From an uncultured Chroococcidiopsis sp. (GTDB taxonomy: Bacteria > Cyanobacteriota > Cyanobacteriia > Cyanobacteriales > Chroococcidiopsidaceae): a stretch of DNA of 64,000 bases. The notes beneath the pieces were generated by a model. It worked only from the letters and a program-made list of their open reading frames with translations. It did not search any database and was not told where the DNA came from. Of this stretch, positions 54,292-63,774 are shown in pieces (within the stretch, counting starts at the first letter, position 1; each line of letters begins with the position of its first letter). Location of the stretch: assembly GCA_964248365.1 (NCBI GenBank), contig CAXTYC010000021.1, positions 1 through 64,000 of the forward strand. The letters are read 5' to 3'. A program made the position numbers and the translations under genes.

Positions 54292-54650
54292 AGGCGTTAT
54301 AAATCAAGGGCAACTGTTTGTTGACAAACTGGTTTTACCAGCTTGAGCGATTAATTGACGACATCAACTACCATAATCTTCAATCAGGCTGGGTAGCTTT
54401 TAGGAAGAAATAGGTATCTTTGTCTTAAATCGATAGCAAACAGCAGGCTTTCTTTGCACTTGCAATTCACGATAGCATTTTTTTTGGCGGAACTGGGGTA
54501 GGGAAATTCCTCTATTTGCGAACATTGATCGTGTAATGCTAATTGTGAACTGTCTTGTTTACCAGCATAATCATAAACTGACGCTTGTAATTGACACAAA
54601 TTGTTAAAATAAATGGGAGATTCTGTTAAAGATTTATATTAAAGGCAAGC

Positions 54651-55607
54651 GTGATTACCTCCCAGCACTGGCAGCAACGAGTCGGCAATCAAAGAGACTG
54701 GGTTTGGCGGGGCTGGCTAACTCGCTACACATACATTCGTCCCGTCCAGCCAGACCAAAACACAACACCGTTGATTTTGTTGCACGGCTTTGGTACGTCA
54801 ATTGGACACTGGCGACAAAATTTATCGGTTCTGGGTGAGCATCACACGGTTTATGCCCTAGATATGCTGGGGTTTGGCGCTTCACAGAAAGCTCCTGTCA
54901 GCTATCAAGTGGATTTGTGGGTAGAACAAGTTTATGACTTCTGGCGCACTTTTATCCGGCATCGGGTGGTATTAGTTGGCAATTCGATTGGCTCACTAGT
55001 AACGATCGCAGCTGCTGCGAAACATCCAGACATGGTGCAGGGTATAGTTATGCTCAGTCTACCCGATTTGTCAGTTCGACAGGAGGCTATACCTAAATTA
55101 TTACGTCCGGCGATCGCTACAATTGAAAATCTCGTTGCTTCGCCATTATTACTCAAAACTGTGTTTCGGTTTGTGCGACGACCAAAAGTAGTAAAACGTT
55201 GGGCTGGACTAGCTTATGCCAACAAAGATGCTGTGACAGATGAATTGGTAGATATTTTAGTCACTCCTGCTCAAGATCGAGGTTCGGCGCAAGCCTTTTC
55301 TGCCATTCTCAAAGCGATGATTGGTTCTCAATTTAGTCAGCCAGTTAAAACATTGCTGCCAAGTTTGGAGATACCCGTACTACTGATTTGGGGACAACAA
55401 GACCGAATGGTTCCCCCAGCTTTTGCGCGTCAGTTCGCTGCATATAATCCCAAAGTGCAACTTTTGACCCTAGAAAATGCTGGTCATTGTCCCCATGATG
55501 AGTGTCCAGAAGAAGTGAATGGGGCTATTTTGGCATGGATGGAAAGTCTAGCTAACTCTAATGATTCTTCTGAACTCCCAGTTCACTCTATAGTCGAACT
55601 GGGGTAA
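54651..55607 (+). CDS. Alpha/beta fold hydrolase
   Basis: LLHGFG, GNSIG, WGQQD, AGHCPHDE. Confidence 0.9.
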   Translation: MITSQHWQQRVGNQRDWVWRGWLTRYTYIRPVQPDQNTTPLILLHGFGTSIGHWRQNLSVLGEHHTVYALDMLGFGASQKAPVSYQVDLWVEQVYDFWRTFIRHRVVLVGNSIGSLVTIAAAAKHPDMVQGIVMLSLPDLSVRQEAIPKLLRPAIATIENLVASPLLLKTVFRFVRRPKVVKRWAGLAYANKDAVTDELVDILVTPAQDRGSAQAFSAILKAMIGSQFSQPVKTLLPSLEIPVLLIWGQQDRMVPPAFARQFAAYNPKVQLLTLENAGHCPHDECPEEVNGAILAWMESLANSNDSSELPVHSIVELG

Positions 55608-55703
55608 TTAGCTAGACTTACTAGACTCAGTGGTAATTGGTAGTTGGTAGTTGGTAGTTGGTAACTGGTAATTCCCCTACTCCAAAACGAACTACTCTCT
55701 TAT

Positions 55704-56063
55704 TTACCCAACCTCAACTTGGTCAGTCTCAACACTTGTTGCGCCATTGACGCTTCTCGCCACAGAAACCATTCTTTGTAGAATGTCTTGACTAGGTACT
55801 GAGCCTTTCAAAACTACCGTACCACCTGTTTGAGCAACGTATAGCGTATCAATATCATCTAAGCTAGAATCTTGATCGAATGCTAAGGCAACTCGCTTTG
55901 CCAATCCACTCTGGTCGTATTCGCCATTTAGTCCTACGCGCTCTGGAGGAATTGACTCGGCAGTAGGTGCAGGAGCGTCGCTGGTAGGTTCACTCGCAGG
56001 AGCAGGATTTACTTGTGCGTCTTCAGGCTTTTCTAAACCAAACAGTCTTTTTAGCCAACCCAT
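55704..56063 (-). CDS. BON (phospholipid-binding) domain protein
   Basis: YDQSGLAKRVALA, VVLKG.V, V.GATSV. Confidence 0.8.
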   Translation of the reverse strand: MGWLKRLFGLEKPEDAQVNPAPASEPTSDAPAPTAESIPPERVGLNGEYDQSGLAKRVALAFDQDSSLDDIDTLYVAQTGGTVVLKGSVPSQDILQRMVSVARSVNGATSVETDQVEVG

Positions 56064-56478
56064 AAATGTTTTTCCCAGTTATTTTTAACAACTCTTATTT
56101 TTAAACTGGTTTTTCCGATGAAAACACCTATCTATAAGAAGATATATTGATAAATTACTAACTATCTGAATATATTGCTAGGCATACCGTCAATTTAGCT
56201 CTTTTTAACTTTTTAAAGCTATTTTTTAATATTTCATTCTTGTTAAGTCTTCAAAACAGTGAAAAGTAGAACAGAAAAGCTTCCATTGCACAAAAGGTAA
56301 CTGGTAACTGGTAGTTGGTAGTTGGTGGTTGGTAAAGAGTAACAACGCGCCAGCTAACCGCGCGCCTGATAACTGATAACTGATAACTGGTAACTGGTAA
56401 CTGTAAAAGACTAAAATAGTAAGGCTTTAAGTAGTAAACGCCTCACGAATGACAGCGCCCTAGCTCCAGTTGGCAACA

Positions 56479-57006
56479 ATGAAACATACCCTTTCAGTTT
56501 TAGTGGAAGATGAAGCGGGAGTTCTCACCCGTATTGCAGGTTTATTTGCCCGTCGCGGCTTCAATATTGAAAGTCTGGCTGTAGGTCAAGCGGAGCAAAG
56601 TGGAGTTTCCCGAATTACGATGGTTGTGCCTGGTGATGACAGGATAATTGAACAACTGACCAAACATCTTTACAAATTAGTCAACGTCCTGAAGGTACAG
56701 GACATTACAGAAATTCCTTGCGTAGAGCGGGAATTGATGCTGTTGAAGGTAAATGCAGCCGGAGCAACTCGTTCAGAAATTGTGGAACTGGCGGGGATAT
56801 TCCGCGCACGAGTGGTAGATGTGGCTGAGGATTCGCTTACCTTGGAAGTAGTTGGCGATCCTGGTAAAATGGTAGCGATCGTGCAGGTATTACAAAAGTT
56901 TGGGCTGCGCGAAGTTGCCCGAACTGGTAAAATTGCTCTGACGCGCGAATCGGGTGTGAATACTGAGTATCTTAAGTCGCAAGAAGCAAAAGAAGTAAAA
57001 GTTTAG
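56479..57006 (+). CDS. ilvN: Acetolactate synthase small subunit
   Basis: [39 protein letters not shown]. Confidence 0.95.
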   Translation: MKHTLSVLVEDEAGVLTRIAGLFARRGFNIESLAVGQAEQSGVSRITMVVPGDDRIIEQLTKHLYKLVNVLKVQDITEIPCVERELMLLKVNAAGATRSEIVELAGIFRARVVDVAEDSLTLEVVGDPGKMVAIVQVLQKFGLREVARTGKIALTRESGVNTEYLKSQEAKEVKV

Positions 57007-57019
57007 ATAATATCTCTAG

Positions 57020-57319
57020 ATGGCTTCGAGTTCAGAAAATAAAGAACAGCAGCATCCTCAGTACAATAGTGATCGCGCGATCGTCAATAGCCTATTGGCA
57101 GCAGCAATCACTGATTACAATTTAGCAGAACTTGCTCGTTTGCGGATTCGTTATCACGGCTTTCCTGGTGCTAGAGATATCCAAGCGGACTTGGATAAAG
57201 TAATGCTTGCATGGGGTTTGACTGAAACGACTCTTTACGAACAGACTCGCCTTCTTCATGCCAATGGCTCAGTTTATACCACTAGAGCTAGCAAATCAGA
57301 TGCAGAAGACTGGAGTTAG
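57020..57319 (+). CDS. DUF3288-family protein
   Basis: QQHPQ...DR, NLAELARLRIRY.GFPGARDIQ. Confidence 0.75.
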   Translation: MASSSENKEQQHPQYNSDRAIVNSLLAAAITDYNLAELARLRIRYHGFPGARDIQADLDKVMLAWGLTETTLYEQTRLLHANGSVYTTRASKSDAEDWS

Positions 57320-57337
57320 GGAAGGGTAAAAGCGCAC

Positions 57338-58543
57338 CTAGAGTGAATAAACAGGTAAGGTGAAGTGAAAACAACTGCCACCATCACAGGTAGAATCTAC
57401 CCAGATTTGCCCATAGTGCGCTCTAATAATCCTTTGGCATAAGGCTAGACCAATACCATAACCATCTTTAGCTTCATCTCGTTCTAGCCGAAATCGCTCT
57501 TCAAAGATGCGCTCGTGGTTTTCTTCAGGAATACCAAGACCAGTATCGCACACACTCACTTGCACTTTCTGGGTAGTACGGTGGAGACAGGAGAAGCGAA
57601 TCGTGCCACCTGCGGGGGTATACTTGATTGCATTGTCCAGAAGGTTGATCAGCACTTGCCGCACTCGTTCATGATCGGCATAGACTAAGGGCAGATCGTT
57701 AGGGATATCTGATTCTATGTGCAAAGATTTTGACATTGCGCGATCGCACACCTGAGCAAGTACATCTTGGTAGAGTGCAACTAATTCTAGCTTCTGGGGT
57801 TGAATTTGCAATTGGGCGCTAGAACCACGAGCTACCTGCAAAAGCCCTGTGATCATGCGGTCAATGGTTTTAGCTTGAGTGCGGGCTTGTTTGAATAACT
57901 GGGCGGTTAAAGCTGGTGTGAGGGGTGATTTCCCTTTTGGAGATATTATATTTGTCTCTAAGGTTTCTATAGCGATCGAAACAGCGGTTAGAGGATTGCG
58001 TAGATCATGCGCCAACATCGAGATTACCTTGTCCTTGAACTGAAGCTGTTCAAGTAACTTCTCTTGTTCCCGTTTGAGGCGAAAAATTTCATCTGAAAGT
58101 TGAATCAGTTCAACAGAATCAGCAACAGAACGAATTGGAGGTTTGGTTGCAGAAGGGATACAATGCTCGTCCAAGCTTTCTGGTAGTTCATCGTTGGGTG
58201 ATTGCAGTTGATCTTCTACCACTTGTACCCAGCGGAACCACCAATTTTTTAATTGCTCGATTAAATTACTCCCAGCAAGTGTTTGCCTGGGTTCTGGATA
58301 GATTTTGATTAAAGCAGGTGTAGCCACCAGTTTAAATTGTTCCGCTAAATAAGGCTGTTCCCCCACATCGACAATCTGCAACTCAAATGGGTAGTCAGCC
58401 TGTAAATCATTTAGGTAACGGCGAATTTGCTGAACTTGTTGTCGGGAACTTGGACGTTCATCGACAAACAGTAACAGCTGAAGCTTAGCTTCAGAAGACG
58501 TTGGCTGTTGAGAAAAAACCTGCATCCAATCTTGTTTCAGCAC
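57338..58543 (-). CDS. sasA: Circadian output histidine kinase SasA
   Basis: KaiB-like N-terminus ([18 protein letters not shown]), H-box [11 protein letters not shown] boxes. Confidence 0.92.
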   Translation of the reverse strand: MLKQDWMQVFSQQPTSSEAKLQLLLFVDERPSSRQQVQQIRRYLNDLQADYPFELQIVDVGEQPYLAEQFKLVATPALIKIYPEPRQTLAGSNLIEQLKNWWFRWVQVVEDQLQSPNDELPESLDEHCIPSATKPPIRSVADSVELIQLSDEIFRLKREQEKLLEQLQFKDKVISMLAHDLRNPLTAVSIAIETLETNIISPKGKSPLTPALTAQLFKQARTQAKTIDRMITGLLQVARGSSAQLQIQPQKLELVALYQDVLAQVCDRAMSKSLHIESDIPNDLPLVYADHERVRQVLINLLDNAIKYTPAGGTIRFSCLHRTTQKVQVSVCDTGLGIPEENHERIFEERFRLERDEAKDGYGIGLALCQRIIRAHYGQIWVDSTCDGGSCFHFTLPVYSL

Positions 58544-58728
58544 GGGGAACCAACAGGTAACACTTGAAGAAAAGTAAAAACAGTCAATGCCGCTTAAATT
58601 AGCTTCCTCTTAAATTTAATATCAATTTTAGATTTTGCATACTATACTAACCTGCTAATACGCTATATTCCTCAGACTTATGTGAATTTGCGTTAGCGTA
58701 AGAATAATAGTATATTTACTAAATTGTT

Positions 58729-60153
58729 GTGCTGTCCTCTAAAAGTGCTAAATTGATTAGTTTAGCCGTTTTACTGACTGCGTTGACTGCTTGTGCCAAC
58801 AGTCCGAATGGCAAGAATCTTGAGCAAATCCTGGCTGCTGATCCCAAGCTGAAAGACAACCAGGTTTTTGGTACTTCTGGTGCAAGTGGGCAACCACAAG
58901 CAGTTCCTGCCAGTCCGCCATCAGGAACGCCAGCGAAGGTGGCACAGTTGCCAGCGGATTTCCCTAATGAAATTCCTAGATATCCCAATGCCCAGCTAAA
59001 GGAAGTAGCACAACCAACAAGTCAAAACCCATCGGAAAATAATAATTCTGCGTCAACGAATCAATCTCAACAGACTCGTTGGGTTAGTTCTGATCCTAGT
59101 AACTTAATTCAGAGCTTTTATATACAACAGTTTCAGGCAAATAAGTGGGAGATTTTAAATCAACCAACCACCCAAACACAAACAAACACTATACAAGCTC
59201 GTCTGAATGATTTGCACGTTACTGTATCAATCGTGCCAAATACAGGAACTGCAACTCGTCAACCTGGAGTAGTCACAGAATTTACCATTGGGTACAATCG
59301 CAACACACAAACAGCCGCTTCTCCAACCGAACCTGGCGTTGTTGGTTCTACGCCGCAAATAGCAATCGAGCGATCGCCAGCATCTGAGAACCCACAGAGT
59401 ACCACAACCAACCCTATCACAGATCTAAACAATGCACCGCAAGAGTTGCGGCAATACATTATAGACTTAGCAACCTTGGGTGTCTTGCCCGAATCTACTG
59501 GCTCTAAAAGTAACAAAACTGACATAGTAAACTCTTTTGAGCCTGGTAAAACTATCAGCCGCCGTGAGTTTGCCCGTTTGCTAGTAGCGGCAAATAATCA
59601 AATTCACGCCAACCGCCCATCCCTACAAATCCGTGCAGCATCACCAACAGCTCAGCCAGCTTTTGGGGATGTACCTACTACAGACCCAGATTTTCCAATA
59701 ATTCAGGGATTAGCTGAAGCAGGCTTAATTCCCAGTCGCTTATCGGGAGATGCAACAGCGGTTTTGTTTCGTCCAGATACGCCCCTAACGCGAGAGCAGC
59801 TAATTCTCTGGAAAGTGCCTTTAGATACCCGTCAAGCCTTACCAAATGCTTCCGTAGAAGCTGTACGAGAATCTTGGGGCTTTCAGGATGTAGCTCGAAT
59901 TGAGCCTACAGCATTACGAGCCGTCTTGGCAGATTTCCAAAATGGTGAACAGTCGAATATTCGCCGAGCGTTTGGGTATACAACGTTGTTTCAGCCAAAA
60001 AAACCAGTTACAAGGGCAGAAGCAGCAGCAGCTGTTTGGTACTTTGGTAGTGCTGGGGAGGGAATATCTGCTAGGGAGGCTCTTGGGCTAAAACAGCAAC
60101 CGAGTCAGCAAGAGCAACCAGCCGCTTCACCACAGCCATCAGCTACACCGTAG
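58729..60153 (+). CDS. S-layer homology (SLH) domain lipoprotein
   Basis: Lipobox LTAC; SLH repeats FEP...ISRREFA, FRPDTPLTREQ, FQPKKPVTRAEAA. Confidence 0.85.
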   Translation: MLSSKSAKLISLAVLLTALTACANSPNGKNLEQILAADPKLKDNQVFGTSGASGQPQAVPASPPSGTPAKVAQLPADFPNEIPRYPNAQLKEVAQPTSQNPSENNNSASTNQSQQTRWVSSDPSNLIQSFYIQQFQANKWEILNQPTTQTQTNTIQARLNDLHVTVSIVPNTGTATRQPGVVTEFTIGYNRNTQTAASPTEPGVVGSTPQIAIERSPASENPQSTTTNPITDLNNAPQELRQYIIDLATLGVLPESTGSKSNKTDIVNSFEPGKTISRREFARLLVAANNQIHANRPSLQIRAASPTAQPAFGDVPTTDPDFPIIQGLAEAGLIPSRLSGDATAVLFRPDTPLTREQLILWKVPLDTRQALPNASVEAVRESWGFQDVARIEPTALRAVLADFQNGEQSNIRRAFGYTTLFQPKKPVTRAEAAAAVWYFGSAGEGISAREALGLKQQPSQQEQPAASPQPSATP

Positions 60154-60166
60154 CTGGACTACGCCT

Positions 60167-60231
60167 GTACGGGCGGGTTTATCTCAAAATCTATGCCACC
60201 AACAAAATATGTTGGTTAAACCCGCCTCTAC
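60167..60231. repeat. GTAG-type REP-like hairpin
   Basis: GTACGGGCGGGTTTA...TAAACCCGCCTCTAC, same family as the units at 63272-63505 and 63933-63996. Confidence 0.7.
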
Positions 60232-60343
60232 GTTGGCTTTACAGAAGCTTCACATACTTATAGGACAATTATTTGATATCTTTAAACGTTAAAAGATTCA
60301 GTTAGTGCTTATAAGTTTCAAAGTTTTTTTGGAAAAAATTAAT

Positions 60344-61282
60344 ATGAAAAAACAAATTGTCACTACAGGATTTGTTTTGTTTTCTTTCATGTTGCCACTC
60401 AAGGCAACGGCGGCGACTTTTAGTCAGATTTATGTTTTTGGTGACAGCCTTTCGGATACTGGTAATTCGTTCAACGCTACAGGAATTCCCCCTAGTCCAC
60501 CCTACTTTCAAGGACGTTCTTCTAATGGTCCAGTTTGGTCAGAATATCTAGCAGATGATCTGGGATTAACCCCCCAGCAGCAAACTAATTATGCCTTTGG
60601 TGGGGCAAATAGTGGAAGCGATAACACTTTAGTTCCTGGGTTACAGGGTTTGCCTGGATTGCAGCAGCAAATTGATAGTTACAAAGCAACACATACGTCT
60701 GCTGATCCGAATGCGCTATATGCACTCTGGGCTGGTGCGAATGATTATCTTAGTGGTAGTACCACTAACCCTGCTGTACCAGTTAATAATGTATCAACGG
60801 CAGTGAATTCGCTGGCAGACTTGGGCGCTAAAAATATCATGGTGCTTAACTTGCCAGATTTAGGAAAGCTTCCAGGGACAAGCGGTAATACTCAAGTTTC
60901 TAGTGGTCTTAGTGCTTTGTCACAGGCGCATAACCAGGGCTTAGCAGCTAACTTCAATTTGTTGAGCCAACAATCCAACGTTAACATTATACCTGTTGAT
61001 GTTAATTCTTTATTTGAGCAGGCGATCGCCCAACCGCAGCAATTCGGTTTCACCAATGTCACTAACTCTTGCCTGACTCAAACTGGTGTATGTAGTAATC
61101 CAGACGAATATTTGTTCTGGGACAGCATTCATCCAACAACAGCTAGTCATGAACTAGTGGGAGATTTAGCCTTTTCATCTCTAGAGTCTAAAGCTGTTCC
61201 TGAACCTGCTGCTACTTTGGGTATATTGACAATAGGAAGTTTAGGTGTCTTAGCGCTGCACAAACGACGAGTAAAGGTTTAG
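60344..61282 (+). CDS. SGNH/GDSL hydrolase with PEP-CTERM sorting signal
   Basis: Signal peptide, FGDSLSDTGN, GANDY, FWDSIHP; C-terminal VPEP + TM + basic tail. Confidence 0.92.
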   Translation: MKKQIVTTGFVLFSFMLPLKATAATFSQIYVFGDSLSDTGNSFNATGIPPSPPYFQGRSSNGPVWSEYLADDLGLTPQQQTNYAFGGANSGSDNTLVPGLQGLPGLQQQIDSYKATHTSADPNALYALWAGANDYLSGSTTNPAVPVNNVSTAVNSLADLGAKNIMVLNLPDLGKLPGTSGNTQVSSGLSALSQAHNQGLAANFNLLSQQSNVNIIPVDVNSLFEQAIAQPQQFGFTNVTNSCLTQTGVCSNPDEYLFWDSIHPTTASHELVGDLAFSSLESKAVPEPAATLGILTIGSLGVLALHKRRVKV

Positions 61283-61315
61283 TTGCAAGTGGCAATTAAT
61301 GATATACCATAAAAA

Positions 61316-61422
61316 CGGCGGGTGCGGGACTTGAACCCGCAATCCCCAAGATGGTGGAGATGTTACCGATAACCCTAAATTCTTCGTCCCCTAAAGGCAA
61401 GGATTGAATCAGGGAACCCGCC
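61316..61422 (-). ncRNA. tRNA-like Y-RNA candidate, copy downstream of TROVE (no D arm)
   Basis: GGCGGGT/ACCCGCC acceptor stem, GCGGG-TTCAAGT-CCCGC T arm, shared core CCTTGCCTTTAGGGGACGAAGAATTTAGGGTTATCG. Confidence 0.7.
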
Positions 61423-61540
61423 ATATTTTAAGAAAGCAGGGGGATCTGGGGGAGCTGGGGTAGCTGGGGGAGAGTTATCAGTGACCAGTAACTCCTGACC
61501 AGTGACCCAATCCCAACGCCTCTAGCCCCTAGCCCCTCTT

Positions 61541-63151
61541 TCAGAGTTCGTCTGTCGCCAGCATCTGGATAATGCGAGGTATGCCAGGATCGAACCCTCC
61601 CAAATCCCAAGAAAGTGGATCTTTTGGATCTACGGGGGTAATTTGGTAAGGTGCAAGGGTAACATACACCGCCTTGATGTTGGGATTCACTTTTTCGCGG
61701 TACTTTGCTAGTGCTTGACACGGATGTTGATAACTATTTCCCCAGCTTTCAGAATCAGTCCAGAAGCAGATGACATCTGCCTTGAACTTGTTGTTAATCA
61801 TCCAGTCGTAAGCTACAGATGCATCTGTACCGCCGAAGTTTTGGTTACTAGCTTTCTTCACAGCTGAACTGAAACTATCTTTGCGGGTAATGCCCAAGTC
61901 GCGGAAGTCAGTAGCAAAACCACGAATTATATAGTTTTTCTCGGCTTTGGCTGTAGCAAGTGCCATTGTGGTAACAATCTCACAGCAACTAAGTCCTACT
62001 GACTGCACAACGCCGCAAGACATTGAACCAGAGACATCAACAGCGTGCATAAACACTTTGCCTGTTGGTTCTACAACGTCGAAAGACATCTCTAGTGCTT
62101 TTTCGAGGATGTCCACGATGCGGGGTACTGGTGTCCAGGTTTTCTGGCTACGTCCTAGCTTACCGCCAGACTGATAAGTCTTGAGTGCCTTGAGGACATC
62201 AATAGGGTGAATTCGCCCTTTACGCAGATGTTCTCTGTTGTTGAGGACAGATTCAACTCGATCTAAGTTGCCACACATATTTGCAACTTGCAATACACCT
62301 AGTTCAGTCAAGGAACCAAGGTTTCGTAGCATGGCCGTAATGGGCATTTCTAGAAATAGCAACTCCCAAGCCTGCTTGTCCATTTTAGCAACGGGTGCAG
62401 CCATTTCATGGGTTAAGCGTCCTTTGGCGATCGCTTCATGCACTTGATTCGGATTTCGCTTCAGCCACTCATACCACCAAATCTGCGCCAAAGCTTCATT
62501 TGGAATTTGGGCGGGTAATTCCTCCCAGCCTTTAATTACCCACTCAAATAGCTGTTGGTGATCATAGGTAGGTGGTTTGACATGGAACAAGCGCAAAGCA
62601 TCGCGGTGGGAAAAGTCTAGACGTTGCTGATATTTCAACAACTGATAAGCCAAACCTTTGACATCTTCCCTTGATAACCAACTTTTACCCGCCTCCCGTA
62701 CAATTTTGCCAAATCCGCGTAGAGATTTGGTGTAGTTCAGCCATTCGTAAAAGTGGATACCAGTACGGACAACTTGTGAGAAGATTTCGGTAAAAGCTTT
62801 TTTGGCTGCTGGGGAATCTCCCATCGATAGCAGTACTAAAGCGAATATCGGCGCACTGTTGTTAATGGCGCGTCCATCGCTAGCATAGAGGATTTCTTGG
62901 GCTACACGGGCAGGATCGAGAGCGATCGCTTCTCTTAAAACCGAGACAAAATCATCTGTTAATTCCTGTTTACCAGCGTAGTATGTGCTTTTTGCTGTAC
63001 CAATCAATAAGCAGCGCCGCAGCATCTGCCATATACCAGCATCAAACATGAAACCGCCAGAACGTCCCTGGATCATTTCAGCTTCCCGTCCAGGGATGGG
63101 CTGAGTTTGGGGCATACCAGTATTTTTTTTATTGAAGAATTTGTAATTCAT
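61541..63151 (-). CDS. rsr: Ro60/Rsr TROVE-domain RNA-binding protein (536 aa)
   Basis: GGFMF...LRRCLLIGT...YY, KYQQR..FSHRDALRL.H, MPITAMLRNLG, RIHP, vWA MIDAS DVSGSM, GGTD, TDSE; start at ATG 63151 (MNYKFF). Confidence 0.93.
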   Translation of the reverse strand: MNYKFFNKKNTGMPQTQPIPGREAEMIQGRSGGFMFDAGIWQMLRRCLLIGTAKSTYYAGKQELTDDFVSVLREAIALDPARVAQEILYASDGRAINNSAPIFALVLLSMGDSPAAKKAFTEIFSQVVRTGIHFYEWLNYTKSLRGFGKIVREAGKSWLSREDVKGLAYQLLKYQQRLDFSHRDALRLFHVKPPTYDHQQLFEWVIKGWEELPAQIPNEALAQIWWYEWLKRNPNQVHEAIAKGRLTHEMAAPVAKMDKQAWELLFLEMPITAMLRNLGSLTELGVLQVANMCGNLDRVESVLNNREHLRKGRIHPIDVLKALKTYQSGGKLGRSQKTWTPVPRIVDILEKALEMSFDVVEPTGKVFMHAVDVSGSMSCGVVQSVGLSCCEIVTTMALATAKAEKNYIIRGFATDFRDLGITRKDSFSSAVKKASNQNFGGTDASVAYDWMINNKFKADVICFWTDSESWGNSYQHPCQALAKYREKVNPNIKAVYVTLAPYQITPVDPKDPLSWDLGGFDPGIPRIIQMLATDEL

Positions 63152-63159
63152 TTGCTTTT

Positions 63160-63177
63160 CTCGTCCCTTTCGGGCAA
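63160..63177 (-). promoter_or_regulatory. Y-RNA-core-like hairpin in the TROVE 5' UTR
   Basis: TTGCCC-GAAA-GGGACGAG lies 8 nt before the ATG and is a compensatory variant of TTGCCT-GCAA-AGGACGA in the ncRNAs. Confidence 0.55.
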
Positions 63178-63187
63178 AAATGAAAGA

Positions 63188-63341
63188 TGGCAGGGCAGGA
63201 ATTGAACCCGCGACCAGTGGATTAACGATAACCCTCAATTCTTCGTCCTTTGCAGGCTAGGTTGTGAACTAGTAGGGGCGGGTTTAAGAAAAATACTTGT
63301 AGCCACACAGAAAATTCAGCCAAACCCGCCCCTACCTGCCA
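63188..63341 (-). ncRNA. tRNA-like Y-RNA candidate with a REP hairpin in place of the D arm
   Basis: TGGCAGG/CCTGCCA acceptor stem, GCGGG-TTCAATT-CCTGC T arm, core CCTAGCCTGCAAAGGACGAAGAATTGAGGGTTATCG. Confidence 0.6.
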
Positions 63342-63505
63342 CATGAATGGTTTTGTATAGGGGTGGGTTTAATAGAGATATCTGTAGCCACACAGAAAAT
63401 TCAGCCAAACTCGCCCCTACCTGCCACATGAATGGTTTTGTGTAGGGGTGGGTTTAATAGAGATATCTGTAGCTACACAGAAAATTCAGCCAAACCCGCC
63501 CCTAC
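63272..63505. repeat. Tandem array of three REP-like hairpins, period 85 bp
   Basis: Units start at 63272, 63357 and 63442 (GTAGGGG[C/T]GGGTTT...AAACCCGCCCCTAC) with near-identical spacers. Confidence 0.85.
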
Positions 63506-63523
63506 AGGGTTTTGGAAATAACT

Positions 63524-63696
63524 TGGTGTAGCGGGGCGGGATTTGAACCCGCGACCTCTCGAACCCTAATCGATAACCCTCATTCTTCGTCCTTTGCAGG
63601 CTAGGGAGCGAGTTTGCGGTGTAGCTGTGCTTCCCGCAAAACTCGCGTGGTGAACAAGGATGTTTTAGCGCTCTACCAAACTGAGCTACCCGCCAC
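63524..63696 (-). ncRNA. tRNA-like Y-RNA candidate with D arm, T arm and encoded CCA
   Basis: GTGGCGGG/CCCGCTAC + A + CCA; TAGCTCAGTTTGGTAGAGC D arm; GCGGG-TTCAAAT-CCCGC T arm; conserved core in place of the anticodon arm. Confidence 0.8.
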
Positions 63697-63774
63697 ATAA
63701 CAATTTTGGATGTGTAGATTTTGGATTGAATTTCTCGCTACGATGCGATCGCCTAATAGTAAGTTGAAGGAATT

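Noticed and set aside
63152..63238. N-terminal extension of the TROVE ORF
   Set aside because: It overlaps the ncRNA T arm and leader hairpin; ATG 63151 is the better start.
63272..63505. CRISPR array
   Set aside because: The spacers are near-identical, the units are GTAG REP-like hairpins, and no cas genes are in the window.
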